Positions 9,122 to 18,641 of a stretch of 32,000 nucleotides of DNA are shown here, one piece after another. Under the pieces are notes generated by a model that saw nothing but the letters and a program-made list of their open reading frames with translations, ran no database searches and had not been told where the DNA came from. Numbering within the stretch: position 1 is the stretch's first letter; each line of letters begins with the position of its first letter. Made by a program: the position numbers and the translations under genes. The stretch is from Wolbachia endosymbiont of Onchocerca ochengi (GTDB lineage Bacteria > Pseudomonadota > Alphaproteobacteria > Rickettsiales > Anaplasmataceae), in the NCBI RefSeq assembly GCF_000306885.1, contig NC_018267.1:540001-572000 (forward strand), given 5' to 3'.

Positions 9122-10689
9122 AAACTGCTTGACAAGTTTTAACAACCATTTTGTGCACCATTAAGGTTATCTCTAACTCTAAAACTTGTTTTTGATCTGT
9201 AGGTTCAATGACAAAAATATAGTAAAAACTTAAGGTATTTTTATAAATTGTATAAAATTATGGTAGCTTACATGTCTTGTAAGTTTTTTCTGCATTCAGT
9301 TCTAAATTGCGCTTAAATCAGGCGAAAGAATTGTCAGCGCCAGTTTTAAGGATTAGTAGGATTGAAACCAGCAATCACATAGTTTCTTTTACTTCGTAGT
9401 CTTTTAAGTTTTTGTGATTAAAGCAATATTTTAGGCTCCATTATTGGCTATTTATGATGACAGGAGGAGGATATCATTTTAACTCGTGAAGTTAGAATTT
9501 AGTAAAATATTTGTAAATTATGCATTAGCATGTTGCAGAATAAATTTTTGCTTCAGTAGTTTATTATTATAGTAGCTAAGTTGGATAAGTATTAGGACTT
9601 TTGTAAGTAACTTTAAGAGTGAGAAAAAATCTGAAAGAGTTTGATAAAAGGACATAAATATAGCAACTGTAGTACAAGATAAGTTTGCCATAAACTTAAA
9701 AACATTGTACATAACAATGTATAAAAGTCTCGCGTTTTGCTTGCTAAAGGGTTAAGAACCATTTTCACAATGTTATTTTATTCTCAAGGTGTTAATTTGC
9801 TGGAGTCTAATCTAGTTGATACGCTGTAATTCAAATTTATCAACAAAAATGGAGAAATAGTTCTGGTATGTTTTCTCTTCAATGCAGTAGAATGCACAAT
9901 AAAAAGGTCTATAGAAAAACTGAGAATTTTAAGTGGTTAGAGTTGCTACTACATAAATTTTCAACTTAATCTTGAACACAATAAGCTGTAATAATTAAAT
10001 AAGAGGATGAGAAAACCAATTACTGTTATGTATATGCTAAAAAACGTTTAGTAAGATCGGCGATGAAATTTGACATAGTTTATTTCATGGAAATAGAAAA
10101 GGAAAAGACATTCATGTAGAGGAGTTACATTGGATAAAGAATCACTACTACTTTAAAGTAATAGATCATTTTTAATAGGCATTTATTACTTCTTTATGCA
10201 GAAACAAACTAAGAAAACAAGGTTTATGAATAGCTTACTCAAATTAAGCGATGTTCCTGATCAGATGTTATGTTGAAATTATGGTAAACATAAATTTATT
10301 TTAAGTGGGAAAACTCTTTTAATGAAGAGTGAAATGAACAAAAGTCTTAGTGAAGCTTTTCTTTTAAGAGAAGAGGGTTTTCTATTATTGATGTTAATAC
10401 TGAGAATGCTGTTTCTTAGTGATCATGAAAAATAAGAATTTAAATAAAAAGCTTGAGCATACTGGAGGATCTGTATGCTACCTTTTCAAAGGAAGGTGGT
10501 AATGCTAAAATCTTAATCAGATTATTATATATTATTTTGATAAGCTTAGATGTAAATCTAATTGCATTATTCGGGTAAAGATATCAAAGAGAATCAGCTT
10601 TCCGTTAGTGAAATTGAAGAGTTAAGAAGAGGTTTCTTAAATTGAAAAAATAGCGGTTAAGATAATGCCTAAATGACGGAGTAAGAAAC

Positions 10690-12051
10690 CTAATCTACTT
10701 TCAGCTCCTTAGCATGTAAGTTGTGTGGTAAAAATTCGAGTTCCTTTGCAACACTTAATTCTTTATTTTTTGTGTGTATGCCAAGCTTATTAAATTTCCG
10801 AGCAACAGGGAACACTCTTGCTTCAAGCGAACCAGTGGTTTTATTATAATCATCAACAGCACTTTTTAAGCTTTTTCTTAAATTATTAAAATTTTTGCCC
10901 ATTGTACAGATGCGTTCATATAAAATATGGCCCAATTCACTAATTTTTTTTGAACTCTCGGCTATCATTTCTTGTTTCCACCCATATGCTATTGTTCTTA
11001 GTAGTGCAATTAAAGTAATCGGTGTTGCAATAATCACTTTTTTTTCTATTCCAATCTCTATTAAAGTAGGATCATGCTCTAATGCTGCACTAAAAGCTCC
11101 CTCCCCTGTTAAGAAAAGCACCACAAACTCTGGCGTATTTTCAAACTGATTCCAATACTCTTTTTTGCTCAAGTAGCTTATATGTTTTTTTATTGCCAAG
11201 GAATGATTTTTTAATTTCTCTCTTTGTATTTTTAAATCATTTTGCGATATAGCATCGAGGTAAGAATCAAGCGGCACTTTAGCATCTATTATTACTTGTT
11301 TTCCAGAGGGCATCTTGATTATTAAATCAGGGCGTAATAAATTATCCTCATTTTTATCAACTATTGACGGCTGAATAAAAAAATCACAGTATTCAATCAT
11401 TCCCGCCATCTCCACTACTCTTTTTAACTGTATTTCGCCCCATTTTCCCTTAATGTGAGGTTTTCTTAAAGCATTAGCAAGACTGGAAGTTTGGTTTATT
11501 AACACTCCAATTTGCTCTTTTAAGCCTTCATAAGCTCCTATCCTTTCCTTTTCTAGCTCACGTATTTCACTATCAAATTTTTCCAATCTTTCTTTTATTG
11601 GAGCTACAACTTCATTAAGTGTTGTCTTTCCTTTTTTAAAATCACTTTCTGTTTCTTTTAATTTATTGTTAATTGCTTCCTTTGCTAAGCTCAGAAAATT
11701 ATTATTATTTATCTGTAAAGCATCGAGAGACAATGCCTTAAAAGTGTTTGTAAGCCTTTCTTCTGCTTCTGTTAATAGCCTTATTTCTCTCTTCTTCTCC
11801 TCGCGTTCTTTTTGCAAGGTTATTTCAAGTTCTGCATTGCTTACTTTTAAATTTATTATTTCCTCATTTTTACATAGTAAAATCTCTTTTGTTTCTTGAA
11901 GCTCACGCTCTAACTTATATAAGTTGTCTTCAAGATTTGCTGCATTTATTTTTTTTTCACTCAGTTCCTTGCTCTTTTTTATACTAATATAGCAAAATAA
12001 TAATAAAGAAAGAAAATTTAACCCAAGAAATATAGAACTCGAAAGCATCAA
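10690..12051 (-). CDS. rmuC: DNA recombination protein RmuC
   Basis: 453 aa. N-terminal TM anchor, long coiled coil, then the RmuC nuclease-like core ('KGKWGEIQLKRVVEMAGM..YCDF', 'RPDLIIKMPSGKQVIIDAKVPL.SY', 'EFVVLFL..E'). Confidence 0.9.
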   Translation of the reverse strand: MMLSSSIFLGLNFLSLLLFCYISIKKSKELSEKKINAANLEDNLYKLERELQETKEILLCKNEEIINLKVSNAELEITLQKEREEKKREIRLLTEAEERLTNTFKALSLDALQINNNNFLSLAKEAINNKLKETESDFKKGKTTLNEVVAPIKERLEKFDSEIRELEKERIGAYEGLKEQIGVLINQTSSLANALRKPHIKGKWGEIQLKRVVEMAGMIEYCDFFIQPSIVDKNEDNLLRPDLIIKMPSGKQVIIDAKVPLDSYLDAISQNDLKIQREKLKNHSLAIKKHISYLSKKEYWNQFENTPEFVVLFLTGEGAFSAALEHDPTLIEIGIEKKVIIATPITLIALLRTIAYGWKQEMIAESSKKISELGHILYERICTMGKNFNNLRKSLKSAVDDYNKTTGSLEARVFPVARKFNKLGIHTKNKELSVAKELEFLPHNLHAKELKVD

Positions 12052-12313
12052 AACACGAAAAAATCTTACTTATAATGCTATCTAATTTTTGTGTATATAG
12101 GAAAAGAAAAAAAGAGCATTTAAGAGATACTGTTTATGTAAATGGTTTGCTACATGATTATAAGTTAATAGCTTAACCAAGCACTAGCAGTGTGTTGTTT
12201 TGCTTTTAACTTGGTAGTTTTTAAACTTGATGTGTTGCCGCTTGTCAGACACTTTAGATACAGGACTTGTAACTTTAGCTACAATTGGAAGTTGAGCGTA
12301 TATCTTGATTTTT

Positions 12314-12334
12314 TATTATTTTGCTAAATGTAAT
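12314..12334. repeat. Copy A of a short dispersed repeat 'TATTATTTTGCTAAA(A)TGTAAT'
   Basis: 21 nt, identical to 23853-23874 except for a 1-nt A indel. Partial copies lie at 16990-17002 (tgctaaaatgtaa) and 10528-10557 (tatattattttg..atgtaaat). All are in gene-free stretches. Confidence 0.85.
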
Positions 12335-13337
12335 AACTCTTTTATTTTTTTTGGTTTATTATTACCCGTAAAGTCGTTTACTGCTATCTTGCATTCAGCT
12401 GAATTTATGGTAGGTTATATAATCATCCTCTATTTCTTCTTTTGAGATTATGACTACCAGTGATATAGAGTTCTTTTCTGGTTCTCAAAATATCTAAATA
12501 AAATTCTTTTAATTATTAATTGTAGTATTATTCCTATTTTAGTTTAGAATTGTGCTTGGAATGTATTGTAATTAGTAGTTGATGTAGCAATTTTGTTTAC
12601 TATTGATAAGCTTTAAAGAACAAATTAGATTCGATAAGTTACTAAAATGGTTTTTGCAGCTTAAATTTCCAAAAAAATGTGTAAAACTTCTGTGTGATTA
12701 GCAATCTACTTAGAAAACTTTTTTATGCTTTTTACATACCTTATTCTTTAAATTAATAAAGAGTTAACTTAATTATTAAGTATAGAATTTGATATGTTAA
12801 ATATTTTGTACTTTGAAGGGAAAATGCATGGTATAAGAAAGTAGTTTAGTTCTTTTTCTCTTTGATCATCTACGGTATTAATGATTTGGATGATACCATT
12901 CGCTTGCAAAGCTTAATGTTTATATGGTTACATGTTAACTACTGGAGTAACATCTCCTTTTGGATTCTTTTAATTACAAATACTTAGGAAAATTACTAAA
13001 TCAAAAAAGGCAGAGAGAACTTGTAGGCTGGTTTTAACTCTTTACCCTCTAAATTGGTGGTAGTAATTCTTTACTGGTGCTTAATTAAAGTACGATTTGG
13101 TTAAATGTAGAAAAAATTCAAAAAATAGATGGCTACTATAATTTTATGTAACTTATAAAAAACACCTTTAATTTTTTACTGAATTTTATTATTGAATTTG
13201 TAGATCAAAAATAAGTTTTGAGGTTAGAAGCAGACTATGCTGATGCAGTTACTGAAACTTGTCGAGTAGCTTTTAGGTCTGTTTTTTACAATCAGTATTA
13301 TGTGTTGTCTTAGAGCTTTAGCTGTAAATCCCACATC

Positions 13338-14135
13338 TTAGCGCACATATATTTTAACTCCATTGGCATACAAATTTGTATAACTTTTTCCAGTGTTAAG
13401 CAATGCAAGTCCGATCTTATCTATAGTAGAGCGCAGCTCTCCTATTTCCTCATTACTTTCATTTATTATTTTAGTTCCAATATTCGGAAGCGTATTATTC
13501 CCTTCAACAGGATAAAGTTTTCTTCTGAGTGTTTCTTGTCTACTCATTCGGTTTACAACTTCCTGACCTATATAACATCCCTTATTAAAGCTTATACCAT
13601 TTATTTTATCGATTAAATATTGCAGCGGAAACGACGAATTTTGCACCATATCTTTCGTTCCATCTGGAATAAGGTTTTCAATTCTAACTCTTTCATATTG
13701 AATAAAATCTCCAATTGGTTGACTTATTTCATCTTTGTGTATTATTCTCATTCCTAAAGACTTGTGCCTTGGATCCTGAAAAATAATCTGCGATTCATTA
13801 CTATACTCTATTGATTTAGTATTAAACAAAACTCCAACTCTATATAGTGTACTAACATTCTTAACTTTCACTCTTAGGTAGGTTTTAAGCAAATTTAATT
13901 TCTCAATAATTTGTTGCAGGTACGTGTTTTCACATTCCAGTAAAGTATATTTACCACATTTAATGAGAAAAAAATCGTATAAGTACTTTCCTTGAGAATT
14001 AAGCAATAAAGAATAAATAGCTTTTTGGCTACTCAGATTATTGATATCGTTTGTTATAATGCCCTGCAGGAAATTCTTTGTATCTGGGCCATATAGGACT
14101 ACTACACTACGATTTTCTAATGGTATATAACTCAT
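13338..14135 (-). CDS. ygfZ: YgfZ/CAF17-family folate-binding protein (GcvT-like, Fe-S cluster/tRNA modification associated)
   Basis: 265 aa. N-terminal 'V.V.GPD...FLQG..TNDI' and the family signature 'KGCYIGQEVVNRM'. Confidence 0.85.
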   Translation of the reverse strand: MSYIPLENRSVVVLYGPDTKNFLQGIITNDINNLSSQKAIYSLLLNSQGKYLYDFFLIKCGKYTLLECENTYLQQIIEKLNLLKTYLRVKVKNVSTLYRVGVLFNTKSIEYSNESQIIFQDPRHKSLGMRIIHKDEISQPIGDFIQYERVRIENLIPDGTKDMVQNSSFPLQYLIDKINGISFNKGCYIGQEVVNRMSRQETLRRKLYPVEGNNTLPNIGTKIINESNEEIGELRSTIDKIGLALLNTGKSYTNLYANGVKIYVR

Positions 14136-14215
14136 GCAATTTCTGTTAATAAGTCTAAATCTTACTATACAATACTAGATGTTTCTTCTCTTTCAACATT
14201 TTAAGAGTTCGAGCC

Positions 14216-14245
14216 CTTGAAATCTAATTTGCTAGTACATATATA
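14216..14245 (+). promoter_or_regulatory. Candidate RpoH (sigma-32)-type heat-shock promoter of groES-groEL
   Basis: 'CTTGAAA' (14216-14222), a 15-nt spacer, then 'CATATATA' (14238-14245). This approximates the sigma-32 consensus CTTGAAA-N13-15-CCCCATNT and sits about 35 nt upstream of the groES ATG. No CIRCE inverted repeat (TTAGCACTC-N9-GAGTGCTAA) is seen. The call rests on the motif match only. Confidence 0.35.
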
Positions 14246-14280
14246 AGCTTGTAGGTTAATTTGTTGATGAGGGAAAACAA

Positions 14281-14571
14281 ATGTCAAGCATAAACTTAAG
14301 TGTATTAGATGATAGTGTTCTAATCAAGCCTATCAGCGAAGAGAAACAGGGTGGAATTATGCTTCCGTCAAGTGCTGAAAAGAAACCTACTAAAGGTGAA
14401 GTTATAGCAATTGGTCAGGGTTCACGTAGTCCAAGTGGTGAGCGTATGTCCTTAACTGTAAAAGTTGGTGATAAAGTGTTTTATCGTCAATGGGCTGGTA
14501 CGGAGATAGAGCATAGTGATGAAAAGTTTATCGTAATGAAGGAGTCCGATATACTTGCTATCGTTAAGTAG
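14281..14571 (+). CDS. groES: Co-chaperonin GroES
   Basis: 96 aa with Cpn10 motifs ('GGI.LP.SA.EKP..G.V.A.G.G' and 'V.VGD.V.Y..W.G'). SD 'GAGGGA' upstream. Lies directly upstream of groEL. Confidence 0.95.
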   Translation: MSSINLSVLDDSVLIKPISEEKQGGIMLPSSAEKKPTKGEVIAIGQGSRSPSGERMSLTVKVGDKVFYRQWAGTEIEHSDEKFIVMKESDILAIVK

Positions 14572-14673
14572 CAGTCTTTAATTTTATTAAATTAGAATAA
14601 AGCACAATATAGTGTATTACGAGTAATTTTATTATAGTTTTCTGAGTTTTTTTATTAGTAAGGGGTTATAAAG

Positions 14674-16326
14674 ATGACTAATGTAGTAGTATCAGGTGAG
14701 CAGTTACAGCAAGCTTTTCGTGAAGTTGCAGCAGTAATAGACTCAACAGTAGCAGTAACTGCAGGACCTAGAGGAAAAACAGTAGGGATTAATAAGCCTT
14801 ATGGGGCACCAGAAATTACAAAAGATGGTTATAAGGTAATGAAGGGTATCAAGCCTGAAAAACCATTGAACGCTGCAATAACAAGTATCTTTGCTCAAAG
14901 TTGCTCTCAATGTAATGATAAAGTTGGTGATGGTACAACAACATGTTCAATACTAACTAGTGGTATGATAGTGGAGGCTTCAAAGTCAATTGCTGCTGGA
15001 AATGATCGTATCAGTATCAAGAATGGAATGCAGAAAGCAAAAGATGTAGTATTAAAAGAAGTTGCTTCAATGGCTCGTACAATTTCTTTGGAAAAGATAG
15101 ATGAAGTAGCGCAAGTTGCTATAATTTCTGCGAACGGTGATAGAAGTATTGGTAGTAATATTGCTGATGCTGTTAAAAAGGTTGGAAAAGAAGGTGTGAT
15201 TACTGTTGAAGAAAGTAAAGGTTCAAAAGAACTAGAGGTTGAGCTTACTACTGGTATGCAGTTTGATCGTGGCTATCTTTCTCCTTATTTTATTACAAAT
15301 AATGAGAAAATGATTGTGGAGCTTGATGATCCATATCTCTTAATTACAGAGAAAAAACTTAATATTATTCAGCCTTTGCTTTCTATTCTTGAAGCTGTTG
15401 TTAAATCTGGTAAACCTTTACTTATCATTGCAGAAGACATTGAGGGTGAAGCATTAAGTACTTTAGTTATTAATAAGTTGCGTGGTGGTCTAAAAGTTGC
15501 TGCAGTGAAAGCTCCAGGTTTTGGTGATAGAAGAAAGGAGATGCTTGAAGATATAGCAGCTTTAACTAATGCTAAGTATGTCATAAAAGATGAACTTGGG
15601 ATTAAAATGGAAGACCTAACTCTTGAAGACCTTGGCATTGCTAAAAATGTTAAAATCACTAAAGATAATACTACAATTGTTAGCGAAAATAGAGTTACTG
15701 ACAGAGTAAAAGCTAGAATTGAGCAGATTAAATCTCAAATTGAGTCTTCAACTTCTGATTATGATAAAGAGAAATTAAGAGAGCGTTTAGCAAAATTATC
15801 AGGTGGTGTTGCTGTACTAAAAGTTGGTGGAGCAACTGAATTAGAAGTTAAAGAACGTAGAGATAGGGTCGAGGATGCGTTGCACGCAACAAGAGCTGCA
15901 ATTGAGGAAGGTATAGTTCCGGGTGGTGGAGTTGCGCTTCTTTATGCCTCATCTGCTCTTGATAAGCTGAAAGGTGCAGATGATGAAGAGCAAATAGGTA
16001 TAAATATTATCAAGAAAGTTCTCAGTGTCCCTATTAAGAGGTTAGTCAAAAATGCTGGTCTTGAGTCTGCTGTTATAATTGACTATTTAATTAAGCAGAA
16101 TAATAAAGAGCTTATATATAACGTTGAAGCTATGAGTTATGCTAATGCGTTCGCTGCTGGTGTTATTGACCCGGCAAAAGTTGTTCGTATTGCTTTTGAA
16201 ACAGCGATATCTGTTGCAAGCGTGCTGATTACTACTGAATCTATGATAGTTGATATACCAAATAAGGATGAAAATGCTTCATCTCCTATGGGAGCAGGTG
16301 GCATGGGCAGAATGAATGACTTTTAA
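14674..16326 (+). CDS. groEL: Chaperonin GroEL
   Basis: 550 aa with canonical Cpn60 motifs ('AGPRGKTV', 'KDGYKV', 'DGTTT', '[13 protein letters not shown]', '[12 protein letters not shown]', 'VGGATE.EVKE+[20 protein letters not shown]'). SD 'AAGGGG' upstream. Confidence 0.97.
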   Translation: MTNVVVSGEQLQQAFREVAAVIDSTVAVTAGPRGKTVGINKPYGAPEITKDGYKVMKGIKPEKPLNAAITSIFAQSCSQCNDKVGDGTTTCSILTSGMIVEASKSIAAGNDRISIKNGMQKAKDVVLKEVASMARTISLEKIDEVAQVAIISANGDRSIGSNIADAVKKVGKEGVITVEESKGSKELEVELTTGMQFDRGYLSPYFITNNEKMIVELDDPYLLITEKKLNIIQPLLSILEAVVKSGKPLLIIAEDIEGEALSTLVINKLRGGLKVAAVKAPGFGDRRKEMLEDIAALTNAKYVIKDELGIKMEDLTLEDLGIAKNVKITKDNTTIVSENRVTDRVKARIEQIKSQIESSTSDYDKEKLRERLAKLSGGVAVLKVGGATELEVKERRDRVEDALHATRAAIEEGIVPGGGVALLYASSALDKLKGADDEEQIGINIIKKVLSVPIKRLVKNAGLESAVIIDYLIKQNNKELIYNVEAMSYANAFAAGVIDPAKVVRIAFETAISVASVLITTESMIVDIPNKDENASSPMGAGGMGRMNDF

Positions 16327-16336
16327 ATAAATGAAA

Positions 16337-16376
16337 CTTTGGGGCAGGGTCTGCTTGCTCCAAGGTAATGTTTTTT
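16337..16376 (+). terminator. Possible rho-independent terminator after groEL
   Basis: Imperfect two-part hairpin: outer cttTGG/CCAAGg (16337-42 with 16360-65) and inner GCAG/CTGC (16344-47 with 16351-54). The T-run ttttttatt begins at 16371, 5 nt after the stem. The internal loop and that gap weaken the call. Confidence 0.35.
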
Positions 16377-17368
16377 ATTCTCTAAAGGTTAACATTTTGT
16401 TTTATTTTTTTCGCTTTATTTGCTTCCTTATAATGAATAGGTAATATAGAAGTTGGTAACCTTAAGGTAGTTGTTACTTATGTTGGTGTATATTAATAAG
16501 CAGTTTTATGTAGTGTTGTTTATTATAATAACTGTAATCTGAATTATCTCTTTATATGTAAAGGATAAAATTATCTTTTTACTTGTACTTAACTGCAATC
16601 TGGTAAGAAAAATTGCAAAATTTGACTTGTTTTGGTAAGGTATAATAAAGGTTATAATGAGGGGCTTAAGGGTTATGGTCTTTTCCACTTCTATCAATTA
16701 TTAAGGTAACACGTTAAAAATATATATCCATTGGTACCTACTCGTAAGAGTGTATGGATGAAGCAGTAAGAATAATATTTTTATCAGTAATAGCATAAAA
16801 AGATATAGTATTATCCTTCTTCAAAATGATATTTTTAAGATAATCAGCAAGTTGTTACTTTCAAGTGCGTGATACACAATCATATACTAAGGGCACCAAA
16901 AAAAACTTTTAGGACAATAAAATATAGAGGAACAATGATACCTGATTGATGATTTGGGAACTGTTATTCTGTATGTTAGTGTTAATCTATGCTAAAATGT
17001 AACAGATGAATTACAGTATTACATAGTCAAACTTAAATTACTTAAAATTTGAACTTTTAACTTAAAGAAGTACTACATATATCAAATGGTTTCAATTTCA
17101 AAGAGTTTTTTATCATTATGAGATAAATAGTACAGTACATCAGGTAGTATATAATGAATGGTATCGTACACTGTGGGAGTTAAAGTAGCACAAGGTAGTA
17201 TAATTAATACAATAAGCACTATAAAAAGACAAAAAGCTATTTTTTTTTGATTATTAGGCTTTAGCCGAGATTTCTCTGTACACGCATGTACATTAGTTGG
17301 TTATAATCTGATATATGCAAAAATAAAATGCAGCCAAACTAAAAAACAGGTAAAGGTTTCTGTATATA

Positions 17369-17920
17369 CTAATGGGATTTCCTCCTTTCACTAAGGAAGA
17401 TATCGTTTAGTCTTTTGTCTATAATTTTTTCTATATCTTCAATTAAAAGCTGCTTTATCATGGCTATTTTTTGTTTTTCTTGAGCATGACGTTCATTGTT
17501 GTAACCACAATGATCTTTGCTTTTATAACTGCTGTCGTTTGCTTTACTATTCTTTTTGCCTTTGATCATGAATTTAAGTATCTTTTTTACCTTTTCCTTT
17601 AAAAAGAGTTTCCATCCTGTGCTTAGAAATAACTTATAAAGAAAATGCGGAGCAAGAAATGCTATCAACATCCTAAAAGAAATTCCATAATTCAGGTTTC
17701 CTCTATTGTTGGAGTACCATTTGCAATATTGAAATAAATGATAAAATGCTCTTTTAAAAGAGCCGCATTTTGCAGTATACCAAAAGCCGTTGCTAAGAAA
17801 CATGAGTACAATACTGGATGCATAAAGGTAGATTATAAGTAAGAATAACTTTACAGTTATGTCTTTTAGGCTGCTTAGTATGTAATTTAATAGCCTCAAT
17901 TTATAGAAAAGTGGTATCAC
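17369..17920 (-). CDS. Hypothetical membrane protein (183 aa): hydrophobic N-terminal two thirds, Lys/Glu-rich C-terminal tail
   Basis: ORF co-oriented with, and 17 nt downstream of, tRNA-Gln and cutA. Has hydrophobic segments (LFLLIIYLYASSIVLMFL; MLIAFLAPHFLY). No family recognised and no clear SD. Confidence 0.45.
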   Translation of the reverse strand: MIPLFYKLRLLNYILSSLKDITVKLFLLIIYLYASSIVLMFLSNGFWYTAKCGSFKRAFYHLFQYCKWYSNNRGNLNYGISFRMLIAFLAPHFLYKLFLSTGWKLFLKEKVKKILKFMIKGKKNSKANDSSYKSKDHCGYNNERHAQEKQKIAMIKQLLIEDIEKIIDKRLNDIFLSERRKSH

Positions 17921-17937
17921 TTACATCCTCTTCAATA

Positions 17938-18012
17938 TGGCTGGGGTGGAAGGACTCGAACCTTCGCATGGCGGTACCAAAAACCGCTACCTTACCACTT
18001 GGCTACACCCCA
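17938..18012 (-). tRNA. tRNA-Gln (anticodon UUG), 3' CCA genomically encoded
   Basis: Reverse complement: acceptor TGGGGTG/CACCCCA (U1:A72, as in bacterial tRNA-Gln), anticodon stem GCGGT/ACCGC with loop TT-TTG-GT, T-arm GAAGG-TTCGAGT-CCTTC, discriminator G followed by CCA (17938-17940). Confidence 0.9.
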
Positions 18013-18020
18013 ATACTTGT

Positions 18021-18338
18021 TTATATCAAAACATTATTAACCCAATTAGTAAAAGATTTATTTGTCTTTTCTATTGGTATTACTATAACAGCTGGCTGAT
18101 CATAAGAATGCATTGCCTCAATTTTTTTTATGATTCCATCTACTTGATCGCTTCTGCTTTTCATAATTGTCACTATTTCATAACTGTTGTGAATTTCACC
18201 TTTCCATAAATATAGAGAATTTACTTTAGGAAATATGTTGACACATATAATTAACTTTTTGTTTAATAATTCCTCAGAAATAGCTCTAGCTTCTTCTAGA
18301 TTTGAAAAAGTTGTATAAACTAAAACTATACTATCCAT
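18021..18338 (-). CDS. cutA: Divalent-cation tolerance protein CutA
   Basis: 105 aa. CutA1 pattern 'VYTT....EEA..I...L...L..CVNI.P.V.S.Y.W.G.I......V...K......D.....I...H.YD.P....IPI'. Confidence 0.9.
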   Translation of the reverse strand: MDSIVLVYTTFSNLEEARAISEELLNKKLIICVNIFPKVNSLYLWKGEIHNSYEIVTIMKSRSDQVDGIIKKIEAMHSYDQPAVIVIPIEKTNKSFTNWVNNVLI

Positions 18339-18571
18339 TAGAAACCTACATAAACGTATTTTTACTATACTTTACTTAGCTTAATTCATCAAGAGAAAAT
18401 AGGCAGAGCTTCTTTCAGAACCTCCATTTAGTTTAAAAGCAATTCCCTGCCAGAAAAGCGTCTAAACTATTTATGCGAAATCACCTATTACTCAAATTAC
18501 CTGTAAAAATTGAAATGTTCATCCACCAAAATACGCGAAGATGGAATGTTTTAAATTAAACTTTCGGTTAG

Positions 18572-18614
18572 AAAAAAACAAAAGAGGATGTTACTCGTTG
18601 AGTAACATCCTTTT
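18572..18614 (-). terminator. Rho-independent terminator downstream of the 439-aa ORF
   Basis: Perfect 12-bp stem (18585-18596 with 18600-18611, aggatgttactc/gagtaacatcct) and a 3-nt loop, extendable to 15 bp with one G-U pair. On the minus strand it is followed immediately by CTTTTGTTTTTTT. It starts 28 nt after the stop codon at 18642-18644. Confidence 0.65.
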
Positions 18615-18641
18615 AGAAAAAGTAGTTAGTTTTGTTTGTCT

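Noticed and set aside
9518-9712. 64-aa ORF in stretch 1, the 63-aa ORF at 16506-16697 in stretch 3, and the 84-aa ORF at 25121-25375 in stretch 4.
   Set aside because: All are isolated, lack an SD and have low-complexity or unremarkable sequence. They are most likely chance ORFs or pseudogene fragments. The 84-aa ORF is additionally built around a perfect DNA palindrome.
9122-10689. An rpoD relic downstream of dnaG (the classic dnaG-rpoD linkage).
   Set aside because: I looked for remnants of the highly conserved sigma-70 region 2 (e.g. codons for ..TWWIRQ..) and found none. The stretch is also shorter than rpoD.
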